From Erysipelothrix larvae (GTDB lineage Bacteria > Bacillota_I > Bacilli_A > Erysipelotrichales > Erysipelotrichaceae): DNA of 32,000 bases. The stretch is from assembly GCF_001545095.1 (NCBI RefSeq), contig NZ_CP013213.1, forward strand, positions 1,560,001 through 1,592,000. Direction: 5' to 3'. A program made the position numbers and the translations under genes. This document shows, piece after piece, positions 1-7,217 of this stretch. Every line of letters starts with the position of its first letter. Within the stretch, counting starts at the first letter, position 1. Below the pieces are notes generated by a model. The model was not told the origin of the DNA, ran no database searches, and worked only from the letters and a program-made list of their open reading frames with translations.

Positions 1-174
1 TTTTGCTTCGAAGATCTTAGCGAGTTGTTCACGATAAACAGTCATGAAGTTATCATCATACTTATAGATTGCAACCCCAATCTTAACTGTTTTTGATTCG
101 CTTCCTGAAGCGCCACATGCTGTTAGCATTGCTAAAGCAACAAAAACAAATAGAATCTTAGAAATCTTTCTCAT
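1..174 (-). CDS. Sugar ABC transporter substrate-binding lipoprotein, N-terminal 58 codons (MglB/RbsB-like); continues beyond the window start
   Basis: Reverse translation from ATG at 174-172 gives MRKISKILFVFVALAMLTACGASGSESKTVKIGVAIYKYDDNFMTVYREQLAKIFEAK. It has a signal peptide with lipobox LTAC, and 'KIGVAIYKYDDNFM' is typical of periplasmic-binding-protein type I sugar binders. GGAGGA RBS (181-186, complement). Confidence 0.7.
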   Translation of the reverse strand, partial: MRKISKILFVFVALAMLTACGASGSESKTVKIGVAIYKYDDNFMTVYREQLAKIFEAK

Positions 175-200
175 TTTTTCTCCTCCAACTTCTTAAGTTC

Positions 201-253
201 TAGTAAAATTTAGTAATTCTACACACATAATTTACTAAATGTAAGCGCTTCTG
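201..253. promoter_or_regulatory. Operator-like region upstream of the binding-protein gene: inverted repeat ATTTAGTAA(208-216)/TTACTAAAT(232-240), plus cre/LacI-type core TGTAAGCGCTTCTG (240-253, perfect AAGCGCTT palindrome)
   Basis: Read directly. The 10-mer TTTACTAAAT (231-240) recurs exactly at 1394-1403, upstream of the adjacent LacI-family gene. Confidence 0.4.
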
Positions 254-327
254 TCAATACCTTTTTATCATTCTTTAATAAAATTATTAAATATAGTCGC
301 GATTTAACATGAATTATTAACGAAAAA

Positions 328-346
328 AAAGGCTTTAGAAGCCTTT
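328..346 (-). terminator. Rho-independent terminator of the LacI-family gene
   Basis: AAAGGCTT/AAGCCTTT 8-bp stem with a 3-nt loop. It is followed on the minus strand by a run of 8 U (A-run 321-330 on plus). Lies 6 nt after the stop at 352. Confidence 0.7.
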
Positions 347-351
347 ATTCG

Positions 352-1341
352 TTATATTTTAAATGCACTGTCTCTTTCAATTAATTTTGTTGAAAGACTT
401 ATTTTGTAATTGATCGTTTCAGGATTATTCATCGAATGCATCAATGAAATTACTGCAGCTTCACTCATCGCACGCATATCAAGTCGGATCGTTGTAAGTG
501 GTGGGTTGAAGTATTGGGCTGTTTTGATATCATTAAACCCAACAATCGAGATGTTTTTGTTTTGTTCTCCGATTGCTCTGAGTGCTCCCATCGCAATGGT
601 ATCACTTTCGCAGAAAAAAGCAGTGGGCACTGATTCCTTTTGGAGTGCTTCAAGCATTGAATGATACCCTGTTTTCGCAGTGAAGTCTTTGATATAGATA
701 TCATCTGGGTTCATGTTAACCCCTGGTTCACGACTCATATATTCAATAAATGTTTTTTCACGCTTATCCACATATTCTTCCTTATCAGGACCGATGTATT
801 CACGTCCCCCAATAAATCCAATATGTGCATGGCCTAAAGACCGTAAATAATCAAGCGCTTTTTCAGTTGCTTTCTCAAAATCGAACACAACACTACAGAA
901 TCGATCGCCATCAGGATTTGAATCAACAAACACAATACTTTTCACATGTTCCTTTAATATCTCTGCTTGCTTAATTGAGAACTTACCCACACATGCAAGG
1001 CCTCCCAAATTATAATTTTCTAATACAGAATGCATATCCTCTTTATAGTATAAATGAACTTTATACCCCTTGCGCGTTAACACCGATTCAATTGCCTTAC
1101 GCAATTCATAATAGTAAGGGTCTACTTCTTCTTCAAATCGGGAAATCCATTGCATAACACCAATCTCGCATAATTGATCAGGTTTCTTGTTTCGTTTGAT
1201 GTATCCCATCTCATCAGCGATTCTTTTCACATCTTCGCGAGTTTCATCACGTACACTTAAAAGAGGATCATTGCGCAAAATTCGAGAAACGGTTGCACTG
1301 CTTACATTGGCACGCTTTGCAATATCTTTAATTTTGACCAT
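352..1341 (-). CDS. LacI/GalR-family transcriptional regulator
   Basis: N-terminal HTH MVKIKDIAKRANVSSATVSRILRND followed by a periplasmic-binding-protein-like sugar-sensor domain. GGAGG RBS upstream. Confidence 0.9.
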   Translation of the reverse strand: MVKIKDIAKRANVSSATVSRILRNDPLLSVRDETREDVKRIADEMGYIKRNKKPDQLCEIGVMQWISRFEEEVDPYYYELRKAIESVLTRKGYKVHLYYKEDMHSVLENYNLGGLACVGKFSIKQAEILKEHVKSIVFVDSNPDGDRFCSVVFDFEKATEKALDYLRSLGHAHIGFIGGREYIGPDKEEYVDKREKTFIEYMSREPGVNMNPDDIYIKDFTAKTGYHSMLEALQKESVPTAFFCESDTIAMGALRAIGEQNKNISIVGFNDIKTAQYFNPPLTTIRLDMRAMSEAAVISLMHSMNNPETINYKISLSTKLIERDSAFKI

Positions 1342-1384
1342 AATTTACCTCCTTTTCACACTAATAATAGCATGTTAAGAGAAG

Positions 1385-1401
1385 TTAGTAAACTTTACTA
1401 A
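1385..1401. promoter_or_regulatory. 17-bp palindrome TTAGTAAA-C-TTTACTAA, 44-60 nt upstream of the LacI-family start codon; candidate autoregulatory operator
   Basis: Perfect 8+1+8 inverted repeat read from the sequence. Shares the half-site with 208-240. Confidence 0.4.
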
Positions 1402-1478
1402 ATCTTTTTTACTAATATTTGATAAAAAAGTCACAATCCTTATATCTCAATCCAAGAAATCTGGGTAAAAAACCCTTA

Positions 1479-1748
1479 TTAGTGCGCCCACACATCTTTG
1501 TATTCATCAGATTTTTCGAATTCTCTTTTGACATAAGGGCATTGAGGTATGATTTTTAGTCCTTTTGCACGTGCCATTTCAACACTTGCATCTAAAAGAT
1601 CTTTTGCTAAACCCTGCCCACGGTAATCTGGATTCACAAAAGTATGATCAATTGTAATCACACCTTCGCCTTCAATCCAAGTGATTTCACCAATTTCGCG
1701 TGCATCATCAAAAAGTACAATTCGTGTTTTTTCTAGTTTTAGTTTCAT
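1479..1748 (-). CDS. Small GNAT-family N-acetyltransferase (YjdJ-like, 89 aa)
   Basis: Motif 'VNPDYRGQGLAKDLL' is the acetyl-CoA-binding motif A (R/Q-x-x-G-x-G/A). Size and layout match the single-domain mini-GNATs. AGGAG RBS. Confidence 0.8.
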   Translation of the reverse strand: MKLKLEKTRIVLFDDAREIGEITWIEGEGVITIDHTFVNPDYRGQGLAKDLLDASVEMARAKGLKIIPQCPYVKREFEKSDEYKDVWAH

Positions 1749-1829
1749 TTGTATACTCCTTTTTCCTCTACACTTATTATATCAAACTCCACAAGATCGG
1801 TTGATCTTTGTGCAATCAAATCGTGGGCA

Positions 1830-1858
1830 TGTTCATTTCCTTCAAAATTTGGTATACT
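1830..1858 (+). promoter_or_regulatory. Candidate extended -10 promoter (TGGTATACT) with a weak -35 (TGTTCA), driving the uppP leader
   Basis: TGnTATACT at 1850-1858; 17-nt spacer to 1830-1835. Sequence inspection only. Confidence 0.3.
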
Positions 1859-2010
1859 TTTAGGTGTGGTTATTATGAGTGATACAGTGTGATGATTGAT
1901 ACCTTTTATATTTTTGAATCATTATACCCTCACGCGTATCAGTAAAAACCCTTGTGGTTTTAACGGTATTTTTGTGTTTGTAGTCTCATATTATCAAGCT
2001 TATCGCATTG

Positions 2011-2039
2011 ACACCTTCCAAAAAGGAAGTGTTTTTTTA
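2011..2039 (+). terminator. Intrinsic terminator/attenuator hairpin 21 nt upstream of the uppP start codon
   Basis: ACACCTTCC-AAAAA-GGAAGTGT (8 bp, one bulged C) followed by 7 T. There is no plus-strand CDS upstream; the neighbour is on the minus strand. It therefore ends a leader or a small RNA rather than a gene. Confidence 0.55.
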
Positions 2040-2060
2040 TGAAATATAAAGGAGTAATTT

Positions 2061-2885
2061 ATGGATTTTATTGAGATTTTAAAGGTCATCTTTCTCGGAA
2101 TTGTGGAAGGGATCACAGAATGGTTGCCCATCAGCAGTACCGGACACATGTTACTTGTCGATGAGTTTCTTCAGCTAAATGCGTCGCAAGAATTTAAAAA
2201 CGTGTTCTTTGTAGTGATTCAATTAGGTGCAATTTTAGCGGTAGTTCTTATATTTTGGCATAAGATGTGGCCATTTCAGTTTAAAGATAAAAGCAAACCG
2301 ACCCTAAAGATGGACATCTTTACAATGTGGATTAAGGTTGTGATTGCATGTATTCCTGGTGCAATTGTTACAATCCTCTTTGACGATTATATTGAAGCAC
2401 ACTTTCAAACACCCCTTGTTATCGCACTTGCATTGATTATCTATGGGATTGCATTTATAGTGATTGAACGGTGGAATAAAACACGCGATCCAAAGATTGC
2501 AACCTTAGGTGATATTACCTATCAAACCGCAATCATGATTGGATTGTTTCAAGTATTATCAATTGTTCCTGGAACATCACGGTCTGGTGCTACAATCATT
2601 GGTGCCTTAATCATTGGTGTATCACGGGTTGCTGCAGCTGAGTTTACGTTCTTCTTAGCAGTACCGGTAATGTTTGGATTGAGTTTCCTAAAAATCTTAA
2701 GCTTTGGGTTAAACTTCACCGGTTATGAACTCATGCTTCTATTTGTTGGTTCCTTTGTTGCCTTTATTGTATCCATTGTTGTGATTAAGTTCTTGATGAG
2801 TTATATTAAGAAACACGACTTCCAAGTATTTGGATGGTATCGTATTGTGGTAGGGATCCTTGTTATTCTCTTGTTGGTTATCTAA
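2061..2885 (+). CDS. uppP: Undecaprenyl-diphosphate phosphatase (BacA/UppP)
   Basis: 274-aa polytopic membrane protein with the BacA signature motifs 'EGITEWLPISSTGH' and 'PGTSRSGATI'. AAGGAG RBS. Confidence 0.95.
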   Translation: MDFIEILKVIFLGIVEGITEWLPISSTGHMLLVDEFLQLNASQEFKNVFFVVIQLGAILAVVLIFWHKMWPFQFKDKSKPTLKMDIFTMWIKVVIACIPGAIVTILFDDYIEAHFQTPLVIALALIIYGIAFIVIERWNKTRDPKIATLGDITYQTAIMIGLFQVLSIVPGTSRSGATIIGALIIGVSRVAAAEFTFFLAVPVMFGLSFLKILSFGLNFTGYELMLLFVGSFVAFIVSIVVIKFLMSYIKKHDFQVFGWYRIVVGILVILLLVI

Positions 2886-2897
2886 TAATTGCATTAT

Positions 2898-2923
2898 AAA
2901 AAATGGGATTTCCCATTTTTTTT
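2898..2923. terminator. Bidirectional terminator between convergent uppP and the glycosidase gene
   Basis: AAATGGG-ATTT-CCCATTT hairpin flanked by an A-run and a T-run. Confidence 0.7.
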
Positions 2924-2938
2924 GTCTTTTGGCATGCT

Positions 2939-3889
2939 TTACGCACCTGTTACCACAAATGCTGTAGGAATACTTCGTTCTGAGTTGTTTGAGAGTGTGT
3001 TCATGAGCGTTCCATAGTAATACAACGAGCTTGACCCACCACCATCAAGGTTTGCAGCATTGACTGCTCCAAAGTCATTCATAATTTCTTGTAAGTCATA
3101 ATAGGTTGCACCCAAACTTTGGGTTGTACGGCCCTCAATAACCACAAAGATAAAGGTTCCATCTTCTGTTTGCCCAATTGCAGTTCGAGGCTGAATCCCA
3201 CCCGATACTTCACTATCAATTTGGTTTTCGCCATTCACAACAAGGAACGGTCCAAACTCTATTGCATCATCAATCCCTGCTTCGAGTGCTTGCTCAATTG
3301 TATAGTTTCCCAACATGAGCTTTCCATCTTTACTCATTCCAATCATGCTGTAGGTTACACCGGACTCACCATATAATACCGTACCATCAATAATGGTAAG
3401 TGAGTTTAAGCCACCACTGGAACTTAATCGCCTTGAGAAACTAAAACCACCCGCATTCATGGCCACCGCAAGATTCTCATTACTGACAACCTCAGACAGT
3501 TTTTGTCCTGATCCATCTTCAAGTGTATTCATCAATGAAACGGATGTGGGGTCTGATATTGTTACTACAGTTCCTGTATAGGTATCACCGCTTATATCAT
3601 ACTCTGTGATTTTGTTTTCAACAGGTTCACTGATTTGAACTGATTCTGAGTTTGAATTTGTATCATTTATGACTTCATGTTCGCTTAAGATTGAATCAAT
3701 TTCTTCTTGTGATAAAAACCATGTTGCCAAATATTGATGGTTCGAGGTGGACATCGCGGTTTCTACCCATAATGCCCGCTCATTCTCGAATAGATCTGTT
3801 TTAAAAAAGACAATCAGACCACTTACAAATGCAAAGGACAACACTCCAACGCCTGTTAATAGAATTTTTATGAGCTTTTTTATATCCAT
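2939..3889 (-). CDS. Phosphodiester glycosidase family protein (NAGPA/DUF2233-like), N-terminally membrane anchored
   Basis: One N-terminal TM helix. C-terminal 'PRTAIGQTEDGTFIFVVIEGR...NLDGGGSS' is characteristic of the phosphodiester glycosidase (uncovering-enzyme-like) domain. The ORF track starts at GTG 3892; ATG at 3889 is preferred. Confidence 0.75.
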   Translation of the reverse strand: MDIKKLIKILLTGVGVLSFAFVSGLIVFFKTDLFENERALWVETAMSTSNHQYLATWFLSQEEIDSILSEHEVINDTNSNSESVQISEPVENKITEYDISGDTYTGTVVTISDPTSVSLMNTLEDGSGQKLSEVVSNENLAVAMNAGGFSFSRRLSSSGGLNSLTIIDGTVLYGESGVTYSMIGMSKDGKLMLGNYTIEQALEAGIDDAIEFGPFLVVNGENQIDSEVSGGIQPRTAIGQTEDGTFIFVVIEGRTTQSLGATYYDLQEIMNDFGAVNAANLDGGGSSSLYYYGTLMNTLSNNSERSIPTAFVVTGA

Positions 3890-3896
3890 CACCGCC

Positions 3897-4721
3897 TTAT
3901 GCTGTTGTATTTGATTTAGTTGTACTAATTGATATGCTTTGTGTTAGAAAATCTTGAACTGTATTTGAAGGAATTGCGAACCCTAATCCTTCAATAGATA
4001 AACCCGATGATTTTGCATTTACAATCCCGATAAGATGACCTGCATCATCAAAGAGTCCACCCCCGGAGTTTCCTGAGTTGATTGCGGCTGAAGTTTGAAG
4101 AAGGTTCATTGTTTCTTCATCAATGGTAATTTCACGATCGGTTGCACTTAAAATTCCTTCCGTAACTGTACCGCCCAATGTACCCAGAGGATTCCCAATC
4201 GCAAGTGTTGTTTGTCCCACACGCAATGTATCGGAATCTTCGAATGTTGCAGTGTTAAGATTTGTTTCGTCAATCTTTAACAGTGCAAGATCCTGCTCTT
4301 CATCATCATTGATTAACCTTGCTGTATATTCTTCACCGTTTTGTAATCGCACACTGATTTGTGTCGCACTATCAATAACGTGATAATTTGTAACGATGTA
4401 TCCATCCTCTGTTACAATGACACCACTGCCTGCACCATAAGCCGTCTGACTTCTTCTAAAAGATCCTTGTGACTCAGATTCAATTACAGTATTAATTTCA
4501 ACTACAGAACTTGAAATCTGTGCTACCACATCAGCCAGTGATTCATTCACAACTGATGTTGTAGTGGATGTTTGGGATACTTGTGCTGTTGTTGGTGTTG
4601 TTTCTTGTTGGTTTTTAGATATTAATGTACCGCCGATTACACCCCCCAGTAAGCCTGAAGAACCCGCAACGAGTGCTGTTAATGTAATGAATGTTTTTTG
4701 GGAACTTTCTTTTATTTTCAT
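3897..4721 (-). CDS. Trypsin-like (S1C, HtrA-like) serine protease without a PDZ domain, membrane anchored
   Basis: Catalytic triad contexts TNYHV (His), DLALLK (Asp) and GNSGGG (Ser). N-terminal TM helix and a Thr/Ser-rich linker. GGAGGG RBS. Only a 4-nt gap to the downstream glycosidase gene, consistent with an operon. Confidence 0.85.
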   Translation of the reverse strand: MKIKESSQKTFITLTALVAGSSGLLGGVIGGTLISKNQQETTPTTAQVSQTSTTTSVVNESLADVVAQISSSVVEINTVIESESQGSFRRSQTAYGAGSGVIVTEDGYIVTNYHVIDSATQISVRLQNGEEYTARLINDDEEQDLALLKIDETNLNTATFEDSDTLRVGQTTLAIGNPLGTLGGTVTEGILSATDREITIDEETMNLLQTSAAINSGNSGGGLFDDAGHLIGIVNAKSSGLSIEGLGFAIPSNTVQDFLTQSISISTTKSNTTA

Positions 4722-4789
4722 AAAGTAACCCTCCTTACATCCATAATGTACATCTTCAACCTAAAATAAAACTAAAATTCTCAAGAAAA

Positions 4790-4808
4790 AAAGGGAAATC
4801 TTCCCTTT
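4790..4808 (-). terminator. Terminator of the GGDEF gene
   Basis: AAAGGGAA-ATC-TTCCCTTT hairpin overlapping the stop codon, followed on the minus strand by a U-run. Confidence 0.65.
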
Positions 4809-5928
4809 AAGTTACTACTTTTACTATTTGACGATATTTCTTGGCTTCGTATAACGCTTTATCAGTTTGATCTATTAAATCTGGAATGCTTTGATTTTGA
4901 CTGCATTGTGAGACACCAAAGCTTATACTAATATCCAGATTCCCAACGATGGGTTTTACAAGATTGATAAATGTCTCGTTGATTGCTTCACATTTTGATA
5001 CCACTTGGTCAATGGTAAAGTTATGAAACAATAAGCAAAATTCGTCTCCTCCAAATCGGAAGGATTTGAAGTCATTACTCAGACTTAAAAGAATGGTCGA
5101 AAGTTCTGCAATGCACTGGTCGCCAGCTTGATGACCGCAATAATCATTCACATGTTTAAAATTGTTGATATCTAAAAATACAAAGATGTTTTGGTCGAAA
5201 TCATTTTGAATTGACATTTTCGCAAATGTATTTTGAAGCTCAAGCTTGTTGTAAAGACCCGTCATTTCATCAAACTGAAGCCGACTTTCTAAAATTAAAC
5301 GTTGGTTTTCTAAATCAATACTGGCGTCATTTTTTTGTCTTTCAATATTCACGACGATAATACTAATGATTCCTGTGGCCAAAAGGATTGCGATAGCAGT
5401 AAAGAAGTTTACCATCCGTGAAGGGTCTTGGAAGATACTGGTTCGATCAACATCCCAAAACAAGAATAATTCGGAAAAGATAAGCGCGCTTACGCTAACA
5501 AAGAATGTTATTTTTGTGATTTTTGGTTCTGCATAAATTACGGTCAAAAACACTGCATGAATATAGAAATAGTAAGTTGCGGTGAATGCGCTGTGTGCAC
5601 TAAATAAAACAAAGCTAATTGCAACAATTATCAGTGAGAGTGACAGCGCCTTATTCGACACGTCCAATTCTGATGTATTGATGATATAATGTCCTACAAA
5701 TAAGAGTACTGAATTTGTTAATGTTGGGACAATAATGTATTTCATCAAAAATACCGGTAATGATGAAGATTCTAAGAGTGGTGTTTGAATGACATAGACA
5801 CCGATAAGCACTTCCGCAATAAATGCAAAAACAGTAAGAATTACTGCGATGTTGTATTGTAGTTTTAATCCTGCTTTGTTTATTTCATTGTATCGATCCT
5901 GTACGTTGCCAATATGATGCTTTTCCAT
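4807..5928 (-). CDS. Membrane-bound diguanylate cyclase (multi-TM sensor domain + GGDEF)
   Basis: About 6 predicted TM helices, then a coiled linker and a GGDEF domain with an intact 'FRFGGDEFCLLF' active site. No RxxD I-site is seen 5 residues upstream. Start chosen at Met30 of the track ORF (ATG 5928, preceded by GAGGGAAG). The longer start at 6015 has no RBS. Confidence 0.8.
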   Translation of the reverse strand: MEKHHIGNVQDRYNEINKAGLKLQYNIAVILTVFAFIAEVLIGVYVIQTPLLESSSLPVFLMKYIIVPTLTNSVLLFVGHYIINTSELDVSNKALSLSLIIVAISFVLFSAHSAFTATYYFYIHAVFLTVIYAEPKITKITFFVSVSALIFSELFLFWDVDRTSIFQDPSRMVNFFTAIAILLATGIISIIVVNIERQKNDASIDLENQRLILESRLQFDEMTGLYNKLELQNTFAKMSIQNDFDQNIFVFLDINNFKHVNDYCGHQAGDQCIAELSTILLSLSNDFKSFRFGGDEFCLLFHNFTIDQVVSKCEAINETFINLVKPIVGNLDISISFGVSQCSQNQSIPDLIDQTDKALYEAKKYRQIVKVVT

Positions 5929-6198
5929 TAATTCTTCTTCCCTCTTATTGTTATTAAAATCACCATGACCCCCCTCATGTTTTATGAAAAATCGCGTTTT
6001 ATAATATTCTAGCATAAATTTAATTTATGTCCAAAATAATCGCATCATATTCTTGTGATTATCGGTATAGTGTCACAGATATTTTGAATAAATCGGTCAT
6101 AATTTAAATTCAAGTCATCCTTGAATGGCCTAATTCAAGTACCACTTGCTTTATAAATTCATAGGAAGCTCATATAATAGTGTCATAGGAGGTCACAT

Positions 6199-7191
6199 AT
6201 GACAACATATAACTTTAGCACGATTAAACTTGGAAAATCGATTTCCCGCTGTCGGAAAGAAAAAAATCTTACACAGGGTGAACTCGCGGAATTATTAGGC
6301 GTTAGCCATCAAGCAGTTTCTTCTTGGGAAAATGGCTTAACCTGCCCGGATATTTCAAAACTTTCTGAACTATCCCGAATCTTTGAAGTTTCTATTGACA
6401 CAATCTTTGAACATAAATCTGTAGGACATATTATTGAGAAGGTTGAACAGAATGAACCGTTGGAAGAAGAGGAGCTTATTGTAGTTGCTCCCCTGACAAA
6501 ACCTCAAGAGCTTGATTCTATCATTGATAAAGCAAAAACCCACGCTTTCAAGTTGGAAACAATGGTTGGATTAGCACCATTTGCTCAAGAATCTCAAATT
6601 GAAGCATGGATCGACGCGTTTGATGATGAAACTGATCTTGAAGGCATCGTCGGTTTAGCGCCCTTTATCAGTTCGAGTGCCATTCTTAAATTAATTCAAA
6701 ACCAAAAGCAAACCGTCACTGCTTCGATGAAATCGATGGTTGGTTTAGCACCGTTTCTGGATGAAGAAGATCTCGATACAGTCATCCAATCCACACTGCT
6801 TGAAGGCTCGCTTAAAGATATCGTTCCCTTAGCACCTTTTGCAAGCGAAGAAACCTTAACTAAACTTATCGAAGACCTTGTGGATTCAGAAGACTTTAGT
6901 TTGAATGACTGTGTTGCACTTGCACCTTTCTTAAGTGAGAACGACCTTGATTTGTTATTAAAAAAGGCATCATCGAGTTCAATGCGTGACCTTGTCCCCC
7001 TTGCACCCTTTATCGGTGAAGAAACGTTATCCAATATCGTTAAGGATGCGCTAAAAGAACCTGATTTTAAGCCAAAGGAACTGATTGGGCTTGCGCCGTT
7101 TCTAGATCGTGATGTCATCAAAGAAATCATTGAGTTATCCATTAGTAACGGAAATCTTGAAGATGTATCAGGTCTGTTCCCCTTTATGTAA
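6199..7191 (+). CDS. XRE-family HTH protein fused to a roughly 240-aa array of 27-30-aa 'LAPF' repeats
   Basis: N-terminal 'LTQGELAELLGVSHQAVSSWENG' is a classic Cro/C1 HTH. Residues about 93-330 contain about 9 repeats of [VI]-x-LAPF-x5-[LI]-x3-[IL]. AGGAGG RBS. Confidence 0.85.
   Translation: MTTYNFSTIKLGKSISRCRKEKNLTQGELAELLGVSHQAVSSWENGLTCPDISKLSELSRIFEVSIDTIFEHKSVGHIIEKVEQNEPLEEEELIVVAPLTKPQELDSIIDKAKTHAFKLETMVGLAPFAQESQIEAWIDAFDDETDLEGIVGLAPFISSSAILKLIQNQKQTVTASMKSMVGLAPFLDEEDLDTVIQSTLLEGSLKDIVPLAPFASEETLTKLIEDLVDSEDFSLNDCVALAPFLSENDLDLLLKKASSSSMRDLVPLAPFIGEETLSNIVKDALKEPDFKPKELIGLAPFLDRDVIKEIIELSISNGNLEDVSGLFPFM
6475..7191 (+). repeat. In-frame degenerate tandem repeat (period about 81-90 nt) encoding the LAPF repeats
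   Basis: Recurring GGTTTAGCACC(A/G)TTT, CCCTTAGCACCTTTT, CTTGCACC(T/C)TT(C/T) and CTTGCGCCGTTT blocks. The copies have diverged at the DNA level but are conserved at the peptide level. Confidence 0.8.
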
Positions 7192-7192
7192 C

Positions 7193-7217
7193 AAAGGAAG
7201 CAATTGCTTCCTTTTTT
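7193..7217. terminator. Bidirectional terminator between the XRE-repeat gene and the nucleotidyltransferase gene
   Basis: AAAGGAAGC-AATT-GCTTCCTTT perfect 9-bp stem followed by a T-run. Confidence 0.75.

Noticed and set aside
410-1157. Track ORFs antisense to, or out of frame within, the LacI-family gene (410-664 +, 465-704 -, 975-1157 +).
   Set aside because: They lie entirely inside a well-supported CDS and have no RBS. Their composition is low-complexity or typical of shadow frames. The same reasoning applies to the other embedded ORFs, for example 3119-3581, 4123-4383, 6696-7142, 7664-7858, 8536-8730, 9544-9825, 10770-11030, 11448-11717, 12697-13050, 14954-15229, 16723-17004, 18105-18365, 19038-19355, 20166-20460, 24424-25012, 25842-26024, 27069-27251, 28704-29003 and 29292-30215.
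4807-6015. Long N-terminal extensions in several track ORFs: GGDEF 6015, ATPase 10019, nagA 13847, IIB 18476, araC 18636, agaS 21880, licT 24922, IID 17183 and DUF2089-like 23082.
   Set aside because: In each case an internal ATG is preceded by a proper Shine-Dalgarno sequence at 5-9 nt. That ATG also matches the canonical N-terminus of the family. The extended starts lack an RBS or use GTG/TTG inside promoter or upstream-gene sequence.
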